From contig CM082582.2 in assembly GCA_040954595.2 (NCBI GenBank), positions 10,345,483 through 10,409,482 on the forward strand: 64,000 nucleotides of DNA, in the 5' to 3' direction. Shown here piece by piece: positions 1-12,402 of this stretch. Made by a program: the position numbers and the translations under genes. The DNA comes from Balanoglossus misakiensis (lineage: Eukaryota; Animalia; Hemichordata). The stretch's first letter is position 1. Every line of letters starts with the position of its first letter. The notes under the pieces were generated by a model, which was given only the letters and a program-made list of their open reading frames with translations, was not told the origin of the DNA and made no database searches.

Positions 1-2620
1 GCTTTCATCTGTTGGTAAGGCCGCACTGGATTAGTTGGATTTCAGTTTGTGCGTCTTCCGAGAGAAGTGCTCTAGGGTAGACCCGAGAGATGATCATCAC
101 ATTGTGATATGATACAGAACATTCGGTGAGGTTTTCGTGATTGAATTCCAGCTCATCTCACGACGCACAAATAATTCATCATTCAGGTTGCTAGTGATAG
201 CACCCCTGTCTGGCCGCCAGGAAAGCATGCAGTCTCCCACGCAGCAATCTTCAAAACTGACATTTCATTTTGTCGAGAGAGAGGAGAGAGAGAGAGAGGT
301 CCCTTTATACATGTTCTGTTGATTTCTGTGTACAATAAATTTCTGTCATGGCTCCGAAGTCATAAAACTGATTCCTACTTTTCCACTAATTCCCAATTCA
401 TTGGGGTATCCATTAAATGTAATTGGACTGAGGACGCTTCTGGGATAACTCTTTACTACAACACTATCCCCACATGTTTATCCTCAGTCTTGATTCCCGC
501 GCTAGATGGGCAATTTCAGTTACCACGGCAACACACCATTTCAGGTGTTCGCCATTGCATCCTTTGATCCTTTCCAAGAAGCCCCCAGAGCGCCGAATCC
601 ATTCCCCATGGTAACCACGTGGCATTAAAGATGGAATTGTGCTCTCACGCAGCTGTGGAGAGGAAATCTCGGAGAAACCACGGCGACGATAAAGTAAACC
701 ATACCTGGTCCTGGTCTTTATGAGAATATTTCTGAGAGTTAGTCCCGCGAAATGGCACCCTGATGTAATACATGTAAACATTGTTGAAAGTTGAGACGCA
801 GTGGTTTACCAATGGATGATCGTAATTTGAACGGAGCTTACTATTAAAGTGTGTGCTGCCCAGAGAATATCAAGAAACTTCAGGATGAATTTCCAAGTAA
901 CAGCCCAAAGTGCAACTTGTTTATCAATCGCGAGAGATTAATTGCACAACGTTTTTTTACAGTTCCACTGGGTGTAATTGGATTTGGTAGACTGTGGTGC
1001 TATGTCATACAGGTCTCCTAAGGTCAACCCTGTACTTCCACCGTACCAGCTTCAAATGTCAGTTTGGTATCAAGGCCATTAAATTAATATGATTCAGATT
1101 CTGTCAAAATGAAATAAGATTGAGTTGCTTTGCCTAGTCAGGGAAAACCCGTAAATGTCTGTTTCTCGGCGCAGTTTGGACATCTCGGAGCCATGATTCT
1201 CAATCACATCAGGATGAAATACAACTGATCGCGCTGTGCTGTGATCTTTTGTATTTTAGTTTGCTTATCTCCATGTCTGTGATTGAGGAGCAGGTCATAC
1301 AAAGCACAGGAGAGAGAAACCAGATTGAGACAGTCAGGTTTAGTTCAAGCGGACCCATTCTAATTGGTAGCAATATGTCATATTGTAATACTCTGATCCG
1401 TATTCACAAAACAACAGTGACAGTTTTCCATTTTTCAAATATATGCAGTCAATATGAAAACCCGCATCAGGTTTTGAGACAATTCAGACATCCAGCTGGC
1501 GATGTACATCCTCCATCAACCAGTGGTTTGTGTCTGAGTTGTATCTTTACCATTTATAACGCATGGACCTGTTTCAGAGTCTGGGTGATAAAAAAAATGA
1601 TGTAGGTGTAGTCTGTGAATTATGCTTGCGTAGATTTTGGTTCTCCAGACAACACAAGCTGCGATGGTCGGCTAGGCTTTCACTGTAGCTCATTTTGTAC
1701 ATGAATAAATCCATTTTTCACGTTTTTGTACAGAGGTCGCTGAGGTATTGGTTGCTTGCAGCAGTGAGTACATCTGATGAATATTAAACACAAGAATAAC
1801 TAAAACCACACAGTGTATGCATGACTGCAATTGATAATTTCTTTTTCAATTACGTAGTTTATTAAAGAAAGTATTTGTTAGTTTCTCTTAATTTTTGCCT
1901 GAGCTATCTCTTTAAGGCAATAGAATCCCATGACACATCAAAGCTGCATCTTGTCAGGGGATTTTCAAAGGCGGAACGGCGCGATAAGAAAACAGAAACA
2001 GATGAGATAAATCTGTTCTTTCCCATGCTTTTCTTATCCGTACATTTACAAAATTAGATTTGGGGGAAAAATTGTATACCTTCCTAGTCCTCATTTTCAA
2101 GGAATTGTGGCTATGGCTAGACCATCAATGAAAGTCCAGGAATATACCCTGTTGCCATATCTTTATTGTGACAGAACAAACCTATCGTAAGAGCATTAAA
2201 AGATTTTCTTGTCTGGGTCTTCTAATCCAATTCACTGTCTCTGTTATGGATATAGGCTGAATCCGTCATTATCAATGTATTACTGGGATGATACAGTTGT
2301 GTTTTTTCTGCTTGGCTTGTGGAGGCTCCTGCATCGATCTTCCTTGGTATATAAGCAGTCTTATAAATTTGTTGGCCAAACACTTTTCTGGGAAAAATCA
2401 ATAAAGGGCTTGTAGCATTGAGTGCTGGAGTAGAAATATTGTCACCAAAACACGAGGAATTCTGATCACGTCTAGTCGTTCAGTTTCTAGTGCTACTCCT
2501 GGTTCGACTGCCCACTGAAGAGACTCTCCAATGATGATTTTCCCTTTCATTGTCTCCTCAAACTCTGCCCACTAACTCCTTCCTGTTTCTTCTGTCGTTA
2601 TCTCTTCAGTTTGATCAGCA

Positions 2621-2624
<4 letters not shown>

Positions 2625-2662
<38 letters not shown>
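2625..2662. repeat. (TC)n microsatellite
   Basis: About 19 perfect TC units. Confidence 0.95.
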
Positions 2663-2664
<2 letters not shown>

Positions 2665-4412
2665 GTTTCTTTCTCTTCGTCTCTCTATGTCTGTCTCCCC
2701 ACCCTCCCTGACTACGCCTTCAACTCCCCACCCTGTCTGTCTATGTCTACCCTGTGGAGAGCTGGCCAGTATTAAAAGTCTGCCACATCAGTGCCAATCT
2801 GGCCAAAATCAGTCATGTGATTAATTTGCATGCCGGTGCATATTTTAACATCATTGCAGGTGCTCCATGCAGGAAACTCATTGGAAAATGCCTATTGATG
2901 ATATCTCTGTTTGAAAGTGCACCTGCTCATACGAATGTTGGAAGTGGTTCTTTCCTAGCGATAAAAAAACTGTGTGTCAAATGAAGGAAAGAACTAACAA
3001 ATGTATCAGCAGAGAGTCTTGAAAGGTAGATTTCCAAGCAGTGCCAAATTACACTTGAGGTATTACGGAAATCCATTACTCTCTGACCCCGTGGAATAGC
3101 TGCACTCTGTAAAAGACACAAAATACGATAAATAGCTGTTGGCAAACAAATTGGTGGACTGCAGCTTTTAATCTCTGTCTTTATGACAAACTACTGAGGT
3201 TTTAATCAAAATGCAAATGAAAGCAGGTTTGCATATTACAAGCAGAAAAGGAAATCAGAATTCTCCCTTTTCTGTCACCACGCTGTAGGTTGGCACATGG
3301 GCTAAATTTTAAGTGTGAGCAAATAAATCGGAGAATCGATGGGCTAATGGGCGTCCATGCATAAAACAGCGATGTTGTGTCTATGGCACCGGGATGTAAT
3401 GACTCAGTTAATGACAGTCTCTTTCTGTGTATATATAGCCACTAATGACATCATGCACGCCAACAACCCGTCATCTAATTGTTTCTGTCTCACCATCATG
3501 TTTCTGTATTGCATGTGCAGTGACAGAACCATCTGTGATAGTTTCTTCATCTGGTAATCATAGATAGGTCAATCAGGCTAATGGATTCTCTGTATCTTGT
3601 CCATATAGATGACACAGAAAAATTTCCCTTTTGTACAATCAGAGACAGTCGATTTCAATCAATAACAATGTCATAGGAATGGGAAATTTGAGGAATGGAA
3701 GTTGAAAGCTGCTACAGAGATGAACTTCATGATGATGATTCACGGAAATATTTGTGCAGAAATGTAAATGCTTTATATTGACATGATGATTTCCTTTGGG
3801 AGGAAAAGAGGCGCACTGAAATACGAACTCAGATGACAACATTTTATGTGCCGTTCTATTTTTAATTGATTTATCATGATCTGTTAGCTGGCAATATCTT
3901 CTGTGAGCTCGTCTGTCAAAAAAAAAGCCACCAGAATTGAATGATTCATTGCTTTAATCTGTTTTAGCGCTAAATTGTTTTGATAGTATCTGGGCTAGTT
4001 GCAGCTGCAACACTCAAATACTGACTCATGAGATTCTTGATAACGAAAATGTCAGAGGAACCGACCTGTGTGTGCTGTGGGCAGATGGTCTGCTACTCAT
4101 CAATTTTGTCATTTATCCGGCTCATCAAATATAGCTTGCAAATTCGGTCACGTTGTCGGGAAGTTGACCGAACACAGCAGTCTGTACACACTTCTGAATC
4201 ATAAAATTATTGCTGTGTAAGACACCTGAAACTTGTGAGTAGCAATATTTTTATGTATTTCTACAAGTGTATCTGATTGATATACAGAACACAAAAAAGT
4301 AGAGAAAATGGCAAATCCTAAGGCTTCTGTCGCTTTATTTTTAGAATTCATCCATTTTCTATCCTAAAGCGAAACCATACAATTTGACTGATAGCCCTTC
4401 TGGGGCTTTGCA

Positions 4413-4571
4413 AAAGTGATATAATTTGAATCATGGGTACGATGCTTAGTGACTTTTGACCTTTGCCTACTCGTGACGGAATCAAATGCCCCATAGGCTT
4501 TTCAGTGTTTGTATAAGTGGTCACTCCAGGTCAACTAGGTGCCATACCCATGATTCATATTACACGACTTT
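4413..4571. mobile_element. Degenerate MITE-like inverted repeat
   Basis: The arm aaagtgatataatttgaatcatgggtacgatgcttagtgac (4413-4453) is an imperfect reverse complement of gtcaactaggtgccatacccatgattcatattacacgacttt (4530-4571). Confidence 0.5.
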
Positions 4572-6271
4572 CAACCCTGAGCAACTCCCAAAAGTACAAT
4601 CTAGTTACGTTGCATGATGAGTGGTTGAGGAAAATAACTTTCTGGCTAACTCAGCCAAAAGCTGGCACATACGACAAAATCCAACCAGTCTGATGTTCCA
4701 ATTTAGGCTGAAGTATTGAGCAAATCAGCCATGTAGAGATAAATGCGGTCTTATCTGCAGAAAGATCGATTCGCGAGGAAGGAAAAAGCAATCTGGCCAA
4801 ACTTACCACTTTTATCTGCTGTAAGAATCAGACGTGCTGTGAAGAGTAAAATAGCGCTTCCGAGGTTGAGTGGTTGATACACAAGGAGTTTTCGCTGGGC
4901 CATTCATCTTGTGATGCTTCTCACTATGCGAACAAAATCAGATTTATGTTTTAGTGAATCATTTATTATCGATGCAGTGTTAAAAATCTTACAACATGTT
5001 GAAAACTGAATAATCTGATTCAGTCTTTTATGGTCTGTACATTGAAATTGCATTCAAAGTTGTGTAGACATTACAAGTGTGGCTTATAGTGTGTCCTCAT
5101 TTGAACAAAACACATCTCCTGCAGCAACATGTACATGTTCACTGTTTGACTTGCTTTCGTTTCATTCTGTCCTGATATGCAACATCCTTGTAAGACTTGA
5201 TTTGCAAGACATTTGTGTGATCACACATCTTCCTTGTGTCTCCTCACGTTGTTGTCACGCGTTACCCCAGAGCAGTTGCTCTTCCTACCACAGTTGCCAT
5301 AGTAACTGCAAAACAGATTTTGTGTGATGCGAAAGAGCTTCAAGCCATCTTGGTTTAAATGAGGCTTATTAGGCTGCGTGTGTGTATTCAGAAAACCTGG
5401 AGCTTGAAGTCTTGGTAACCTGGTTGCTCTACTTAAAGCAGTTCGTGTTGAATCTAGTTACTGATTCTACTCTGTCAAATATAGATCTCAAATGGCAAAT
5501 ATACAGTAACCATGGGAACAGGATGCGAGAAAAGTATTCAGTGTAGTGTTACATTCTCATGGCCATTTTAAAAGAAACACTTCGGAGGGTCTATAGTAAC
5601 AGGAGTGATATTTACACTGGAACAGAAACTAATAGGACAACAGAATGTGTATATCTCTCTGATCTTGACACATTTGATGGCTTAGATGAAAGTGTAGCTT
5701 GCTGTGAAGTGCACACTTATAAAAGCTCAAGACCTTAAGACGTGACTACATTTACTGTCCTCCCAGACATACTGCACCTTTTTCTTCACCTGAATTTCAG
5801 GGCAGTGCACAATGATAGCTGGCTTCTGCTCCAAACACTACAAAATACACAAACTGACCATTTTATGGTTGAATGATTGCTGATTGATATGATGCGCTTC
5901 TAGGATCAAAACCCTTGCACATCCACTCACATGGTGAAATGGTAGCAGTCAGCCATATGATCGGTTTCTGATTTCACCTTGTTCTTTCAACAAATTTGTA
6001 TCAGTTTTGTGTGCTCATAATTACCGAGGACCCATTCACCAGAAAGATACAGAATTGCATGTAATTGATATTAAACGCTGATGAAATTTGTCATACTTCA
6101 CATCAATCAGAAGACTTTTCCCCGAGGTTAACTGGAATGAAAATTATCATCCAGAGAGAGTGAACATACAAGGCATGCCAGAAAGGCAACTCAAAAAACA
6201 TTCATCACAGCTGTGTTTTTGATTCCCGAGTGACGCAGTTTTGCATCTCTTTTTTTTCTCTGTTTTCGCAG

Positions 6272-9200
6272 GATCCATGTGGAATCATCTGCGCCGTCTT
6301 CACCTATCTGTTGCTAGCCTACGGGGAGTTTGTCATCAATTACGTGGTCCTTCTGCCGGCCTATTCCCCCATTTACTCTTCTGTCAACATCGTCATCTTC
6401 AACACACTAGTTTTTCTCGGAGTTTCGTCCCATGCAAAGTGCATGATGTCAGATCCGGTGAGTTGGTTGCGTTTTTTTACACGTTTGGTTTGCCATTGCT
6501 TTGCTATGACTGTTCAGCCAATAAACAGGTGTGAAAGGCACCATCTTTGTGAAAATGTGTTTGGCGTAATAAAAGAAAATTACATTTGAGTGGGCTGTGT
6601 TTTTTCATCAAATGTACTATTTTACGGTACCCCATTTCGACATTGTTATATTTGATTATGCAACTGTAAGCAGAGTAACTCAATCCAGACAAATCAGGAG
6701 ACAGAAGTCTGTGCATTGACAGTTAAACTGAAGGCTCTTCTGAAAAAGTAATCATTTTCTCATCACAAAAGATTGTTGGCCGTAAAACAAATATGCCTCA
6801 CGAAAAATCACCCTCTGTAAATGGCAGTTTCTAGGGTCGTACGTAATGAAGCTCACATTTCCAGTCACGCAATATCATCAGCAATAAATATTTCTGGTAA
6901 TTGCAAAACAACCTAGCCAGAACATAAACACGGCTCGGATTTGAATATTTTTCCACTTATGGGTTCCCTGTAAATGTTCGTTTGGACGTCAGAATGGTCG
7001 TTTAGATGCGGTGCGTGCTTTCAAGCAGTGTTTGAAGCACATGGCCTCAGTGATGTAGTGTTTCGGGTCAGAGATGGGAGGAAACTATGGAAAAGATTTC
7101 AAAATGATAATGCTATTATTTTTCCAGTGTCTTTGTCTGCTGAATTCATAATGAAGGAGAGAATCTTTACATTGACGTTATCTGAGTGGCATTTATGATC
7201 TTTTGACTTGCGGATATACGTGCATCGGAGCAATAATGACCTCTGTCATTAAAACTCATACAAGCTGACTGACGAACCTCTCAGTAGCCATGTGATATAG
7301 GTGTATTACTAAACGATAAGTTTACTCACTGAAAAATTCACGCATTATCCCATTATACCAATGCATGTTTGACATTGTCTTTATCCCCAGGGTGCTGTGC
7401 CTTTAGGAAATGCAACCAGCGAACACATAGCGAGTCTGGGTTTGAAGGTCGGACAGGTGGTCTACAAGTGTCCCAAGTGTATCAGCATCAAACCAGAGCG
7501 AGCTCATCACTGCAGTGTGTGTAGAAGATGTGTCAGGTAAGGGAGTGTGCAGCACCCTTGCAAAAAGGACCATCCCCCCCCCCCACCCCGCAGTCTCCCA
7601 TGAGTAGAAAGCCTGATGCTCAGAGGCGTGTGGCTACTTATATATTGTCACTTTGTTGCGGCTACCTAGAGCTCCACAGGAAATGAAATAAGTGTAGAGT
7701 ACCCCGGACGTGTGTTGAATATGCTTTGGGTCATTCACTGAATGCATCCTGTGTGGTGTGTGTTGCTTGATGCATCTAAAATGTCACGCATAGAGGTCTG
7801 AGCCAGTTTCAACAAACTATGACACCCAGCAATTTTTAGGAGATGAACTGGGAGATGTTTTTGCCTTTGCGATCGAAATTTGATGATGTTATCTAGAGTA
7901 GTCTTGAGTGAAAATCAATTTGGTGATTGCAGATCTTACAGACAGACATTTGAAAAGGTTATGTTGGAATATTAGTGGTTCTAATTGGGGCTTTATTTCT
8001 CGTATCAGATTCAGTCAATCATGAATTATTTCAGCCTGAGGGTATTCTGTTGTGCATGCTGATTTCAAATGTCAAATTCTAGTGAATACACACATTGATG
8101 TATTTCTTGAACGTTCAGCTTATGAGTTACAATTATAAGACAAAAATAGTGCTATCTCTGTTTTAGGAAGAAAGGCACAAATTAGGATTTTCCTGGTTCC
8201 AACCACAGGATGTGACTGTACACCACAAATGCTACAATTGGCAAAATTATCACCAAATTATCTGACTGGCTTGGGAATATATTACTGTATGTTCTGCTAA
8301 CAAGCAGATAATCTTAGTTGGCGTGATCACCCAATATTCGTGTTTATTACATAAATTATACATTTGGATGTTTATTCAAAATCCCACTGTAATTTTAATG
8401 TTTCTTTTTTGTTGCAGAAAAATGGACCACCACTGTCCATGGGTGAACAACTGTGTTGGGGAAAACAATCAGAAATATTTTGTATTATTTACAGTAAGTC
8501 CAACATTTTATTCCTGTGAACACCAGAAACTTCGATCTGTGTATCAAGCACAATTTCATGCCCTGTCCATGTACATGTAGCCTGTTGTGTGTTGACATTC
8601 AATTTGCCTAATAGTTTTCGTGTCTGCCTTGGTAACATATCACGAGGTGAACTGAAATAATTGGGTCTGGTGATAATGGCGAAGAAAGGAGTTTAAGTGT
8701 ATTAAGTATAAGAAGCCTTGCCTTTCAAAACCCCTCAGTATTGTAGCCAGTTTAATGGGTATAGTATCCCAATCGTCTAATATTACGGATGTGGCAGTGT
8801 GTGTAGTAGAACAGCCGCAAATATACTTAATCATTTATTTCATGGATGAACAGGTTAGACATTATCGCTAGCCAAAACAAGCCATCACTCACACTATTGT
8901 CAAATGTCATAGTGATGGACCTAATGCACCCAACCCTGTATTTTTCCCCCTTCAAATCATCGTAAAGAGACCCATATAAAAATAATGAAATAAAAATGTT
9001 TTTGTGTTGATTGATAGAGGGCGCTTTTGTGTATTTTGGCAGGAGCACCCCACTTTTGGCAAATTTTCATACGACATCAAAAAAGTCGATGTCTCCGCAA
9101 CACACCCTCATTCTCTTTAACACTGTTCTTGATTTTCAGATGTACATAGCGCTTATCTCGATATATGGTCTAATTCTAGGAATCATACATTTTGTGTCAT

Positions 9201-9938
9201 GTGTGAATGCACAGTGGAATCGTAAGTGTGGCTGCCTAACATTTCTTTCTCCTCATTTACCATGTATAAGATGGAGTATACAATGTACAAGAATGCTCCA
9301 GGACCTGTAGATACTTGTTGTATTTTTTTAAGGTGACAATCGAGTCTGCTGTATATTTATTTTTCATATTGCCCAGTGCATAACAGTATACATTTGTAAC
9401 CTTATATTTTTCTTCTGTTGATGGTTTTTCCCCTTCAGAATGTAGTCGATATTCACCTCCAGCCACCGTTATACTTCTTATTTTCACCATCTTTGAAGGA
9501 GTGCTCTTTGCTCTGTTCACTACTATAATGTTTGGCACCCAAATCCATGCCATTTGTACAGATGAAACGGTAAGTAATGTCCAAATGGTTATCTCTTGTT
9601 TCTGGCTTCTAAGTCCCTTTGACAAGGTGTGTATAGCCAAGGTTCCACCAAAGTCTTAAATGTCGAATGTACATGCTGGAACTCAAATTTTTCTAATCAT
9701 TAACACACAATTGCTGAAACTCTCTCTCTCTCTCTCTCCCCCTCTCTTTCTCTCTCTCTCTCCATCTATACAGGGAATCGAACAACTCAAGAAAGAGACA
9801 CCAACCTGGGGCAGGAAATCAACATGGCTGGCCTTGAAATCAACATTTGGAAATCAGTTCTCCCTCAGCTGGTTCTCACCTTTCTCTGCACCAAACTTTC
9901 ACAGTGGAAAAGTCACACCCTATCAGTACATTGTATAG
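6272..9938 (+). CDS. ZDHHC3: Palmitoyltransferase ZDHHC3/ZDHHC7-like (DHHC family), 5'-partial; exons 6272-6457, 7391-7536, 8418-8493, 9140-9221, 9439-9569, 9774-9938
   Basis: All introns are GT-AG and phase-consistent. Translation: [21 protein letters not shown]...[12 protein letters not shown]...[57 protein letters not shown]...[21 protein letters not shown]...YQYIV*. It contains the DHHC Cys-rich domain, the DPG motif and the ZDHHC3/7-type DETGIEQLK motif. The start-codon exon was not found. Confidence 0.93.
9720..9762 (+). repeat. (TC)n-rich tract forming the polypyrimidine tract of the last ZDHHC intron
   Basis: Interrupted TC repeat ending about 10 nt before the acceptor at 9773. Confidence 0.9.
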
Positions 9939-11135
9939 CGAATATAGAAGATCAGCGCGGGGATGCAATATTTTTAACCATGTATTTTTGAAGAAAAAAA
10001 TTAATTAAACAGGGGTAGTAATAATTTGACTTATATGATGATTGGTATGTGTATGAAATGATCTCAGTTGGAAGGAAGATAACCAAGTTTGAATATTTTT
10101 AATCAGGTTTGTGATTTGCCCGGTAGAAACTTCATTTTGTACAAATTTCAATGATGTGCACCAACCTGAATGATTCACGAGGAACTGTCACATATTATAA
10201 AGGGACGATTTTCGATCCCTGGTACTCACATTTAGTTCTTGTTGATATTGAATGTTTATGTGGTGCAAATGTTTTGTTTTACATTTAAATATTTACCAAT
10301 CATTCTTAAATAAAGCTGATACAGTAAGGTACGCCTATAAACCACCGTGGAAGGAAGCAGTCGCGCATCTCAACTATTCCATTTGCAGAAGAGTATTCTC
10401 ATGTAATGTGCCTGAAAGACTGTCTTTGCTACGCGACACACTTTGTGTACACATCACACATGGTATTCCAACTGCAGGCTGGCTGTGCCTCCTGTGTTTT
10501 CAACAGAAATCACCCAAATGGTCAAAGTTTATAATTTTATGGGAATGTGCACACACCAGCAAAAACATTTTACCAACAGCATGAAATCTCCCCGAACACA
10601 ATTTTTTTGGAACTGATATGCAAATGTATCTTCATGAGTACAAATATTCTTTTAAGTTCGAGTTGAAACAAGTGATCAGCTGTTAGATTTTTTTTTTTAA
10701 TCCGTTGTAATGTTTTGCGAGATATTTAACCAAGTTATCATCAACATTAAAATTGATATCCATGCTTAAAGAAAAAAAGACAAACTTTTTGATCAAATCA
10801 GGATTTCAATTGTTCAGCCGTAATTGGACAGCCAACCAGGAAAATTATGTTACTGCTGTGAAAATTTACTGAATCCATAACCCATTCAGCTGTAATTAAT
10901 TACTTTTCATTTTTTTTTTGACACGATGTAACTTGTACAATTATTCCTCTAAACCAATATCGGTTTTTGTGAGGTACAACATTGTACAAGTTCTGTGTAG
11001 TTGGGATCACTGAAAATGTAGCGTTTTATAATTTGATGCATGGTGCCACTTGAATCCAGTAGTGTCTTTGATTTGGTTTGATGAGTAGAAAATGTGAGGG
11101 GAAAATTTAGGATTGTTTTTTTTTTATATCTGTGG

Positions 11136-11141
11136 AATAAA
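11136..11141 (+). terminator. Candidate polyadenylation signal of the ZDHHC gene
   Basis: AATAAA ending a T-rich 3'UTR-like tract after the stop at 9938. Other AATAAA copies exist at about 10309, 11383 and 11662. Confidence 0.35.
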
Positions 11142-11324
11142 GACTTTCTTTTCAAAATGCTGAATCGTCGTATCACTGGAGGTGTCGTCATTTCAGTGCA
11201 TCGCTGTTCATGGTCCAGTGATGCCATGTATTTGTTGAAGGAGATGAGGAATAATGGTGTCGTGAGAACAACACTCTAGAAACCAAATCTGAGGAATACT
11301 TAATAGTGCAAAACAAACATGAAG

Positions 11325-11330
11325 TTTATT
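11325..11330 (-). terminator. Candidate polyadenylation signal of the mucin gene
   Basis: tttatt on + (AATAAA on -), about 1.07 kb downstream of the mucin stop, near where strand composition switches. Confidence 0.4.
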
Positions 11331-12402
11331 CTGAATTCAATTGATACAGAAAATCGCAATTCTTGAGTGGATGGATCGCAATAATAAAATATCACCATTC
11401 AGACACTTTCAATTGGTCTTAATGTGGAAATTCTACCAACCAGATACAAAATTCAAAGTTAAAAGAATTACCTGATATTTTAAAAGACAATGGCTGTGTA
11501 TGATAGTGGCAAAAAGTGTAGTTTGTGAAAATACGTTCATCTTGCTTTCAAGATACTGATAATATGCCATCTGCTGCCTCACAATAATGATATCCATTTA
11601 AGTTGGTACAAAAAATCACAGTGATGATATATATTTAAAACTATGCACTTAGAGAGACGTGAATAAAAAAAAACATTTTCAAGCAGAGATTATTTTGAGC
11701 ACACACAAGCCTTGTACAATATTATAAGTACAAAGTGTCATTACACTGAATGACAAAATCAAAGTTCTCGGGGAAATTTTGTTAGATTTTTAAAATTAAC
11801 TGACCGTATCCCACACATAAAATGTTCAATTTTATTTCAAAGTCAGCTGCCAAATAAATAATATAAACCACCCATTCAAAAACACGTACGTTATACTCCA
11901 AAATAGAGTTACATTAAAAATGCAAAACACGTGACCACAAGTCACCCGATTGCTTTAAGCAGTTTGCAAACCTTACAGGTACATTTTTCATATTTTCAAG
12001 AAAAAATAGTTGTATAGCTTTCAAGTGTTTCATAACTTGCTAGAATAATTTACATATTATTACAGTAAGTAAAATCATTGAAGATTTTGACAAAAATTTG
12101 CTATTAAATGGATATGTTTTATTGTAAATCTGATTACAAATTGCGCAGTTTCTGAAATGTAAATATCTGAATATAATACTGAGTAAATTCTATAATATCA
12201 GAAGGCACTTGTTTCTAAACTTTGACTGCAAAAGCTTTAAAAAATATAAAAATATTGCTTCCTTGGTCAGTTCTGACCCGCAGAAACTAAACACATAAAG
12301 CTCAATTGAAAAAGTAAGTCTTGATATGTCGGTGAACATCAACAGAGCATGTTACTTGATGTAAATGTTCACAAAATGGCAGTTAGGGGGTTAATGTTTA
12401 AA

